A DNA stretch of 64,000 bases from IMG/VR virus record IMGVR_UViG_3300027126_000006; one strand, 5' to 3'. The stretch comes from a virus. A program made the translations under genes and the position numbers. The notes beneath the pieces are model-generated. The model was not told the DNA's origin, searched no databases, and saw only the letters and a list, made by a program, of their open reading frames with translations. Every line of letters starts with the position of its first letter. Positions within the stretch are counted from its first letter, which is position 1. Positions 63,563 through 64,000 of the stretch are shown here, one piece after another.

Positions 63563-64000
63563 TCATGCTGTTTGTAGTTGGCAACTCCAATCTGCTGCCC
63601 CTGATACGGTGTCGATGTCGCAACGCAATAGATCGCCAATAGCCAGTGATCCGCTAACAGATGTGGTTGCGACATAACCAGCACCCGCCAAAATTGATAT
63701 AGTCCCTATTGTTGTTGCAAACGTTGATCCATTATCTGACGATTTCTTGATAGTGACAGTAAACACATCTGTTGGCGGAGTCTTAGCTGTCAGTGTTAAC
63801 GTTGAACATGTCGCAGCTGCCCTAATCATAATCCAAGGAGTAACATCAGTCCCTGCAATTGGTGTACCTGTTCCGCCAAATGTGAATAGCGATGCACCCC
63901 CTCCACCTCCACTTGACCCTGTATATCCAATAGGACCCTGACTACCTGTGTACCCAACATCTCCAGGTGTACCAATACCAACTGACCCAGTGTATCCAAT
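63563..64000 (-). CDS. Collagen-like (GYTGS repeat) fiber protein, 5' end outside the window
   Basis: Frame open to the window edge: GYTGSVG...GYTGSQGPIGYTGSSGGGG, then a beta-rich tip domain. Confidence 0.75.
   Translation of the reverse strand: MGYTGSVGIGTPGDVGYTGSQGPIGYTGSSGGGGGASLFTFGGTGTPIAGTDVTPWIMIRAAATCSTLTLTAKTPPTDVFTVTIKKSSDNGSTFATTIGTISILAGAGYVATTSVSGSLAIGDLLRCDIDTVSGAADWSCQLQTA

Noticed and set aside
1-64000. CRISPR arrays, tRNA genes, introns/inteins, integrase/transposase, stop-codon recoding
   Set aside because: None seen. Core genes (nrdA, nrdB, gp41, gp43, gp17, gp20) are uninterrupted and of normal length in the standard code; a tRNAscan run would be needed to exclude tRNAs fully

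Overview
A 64-kb fragment of a large T4-like myophage genome. All credible genes are on the minus strand and use the standard code. Spanins and sigma70-type promoters point to a Gram-negative host. In coordinate order it holds: (i) nucleotide metabolism and primase (nrdB, nrdA, thyX, gp61); (ii) a late block (5.4-19.1 kb) with o-/i-spanins, virion proteins, Dps, and several proteins with T4-like capsid-targeting N-termini, including an NMNAT/cytidylyltransferase-like enzyme and an ATP-dependent ligase-fold protein, plus a PD-(D/E)xK nuclease; (iii) replication genes (gp41, uvsX, thioredoxin, gp43, ligase) and an early-promoter island; (iv) hsp20 with a ROSE-like structured leader, regA and gp62/44/45; (v) a QueC-less 7-deazaguanine DNA-modification cluster (queE, queD, PRTase, folE with an upstream RNA pseudoknot, DpdL-like, DpdA/TGT-like, dNMP kinase, dUTPase); (vi) a MoxR AAA+/VWA pair, denV, gp46/47/55, uvsW/uvsY; (vii) the head/tail core gp3, gp23-gp17 and gp15-gp13 with no gp16 in its usual place, then fiber-like genes. 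The best leads are the deazaguanine cluster with its pseudoknot, the putative capsid-packaged enzyme set, two near-identical antisense promoter motifs at late/early boundaries, and a phage RNA thermometer. All calls come from motif recognition by eye; no database searches were run.
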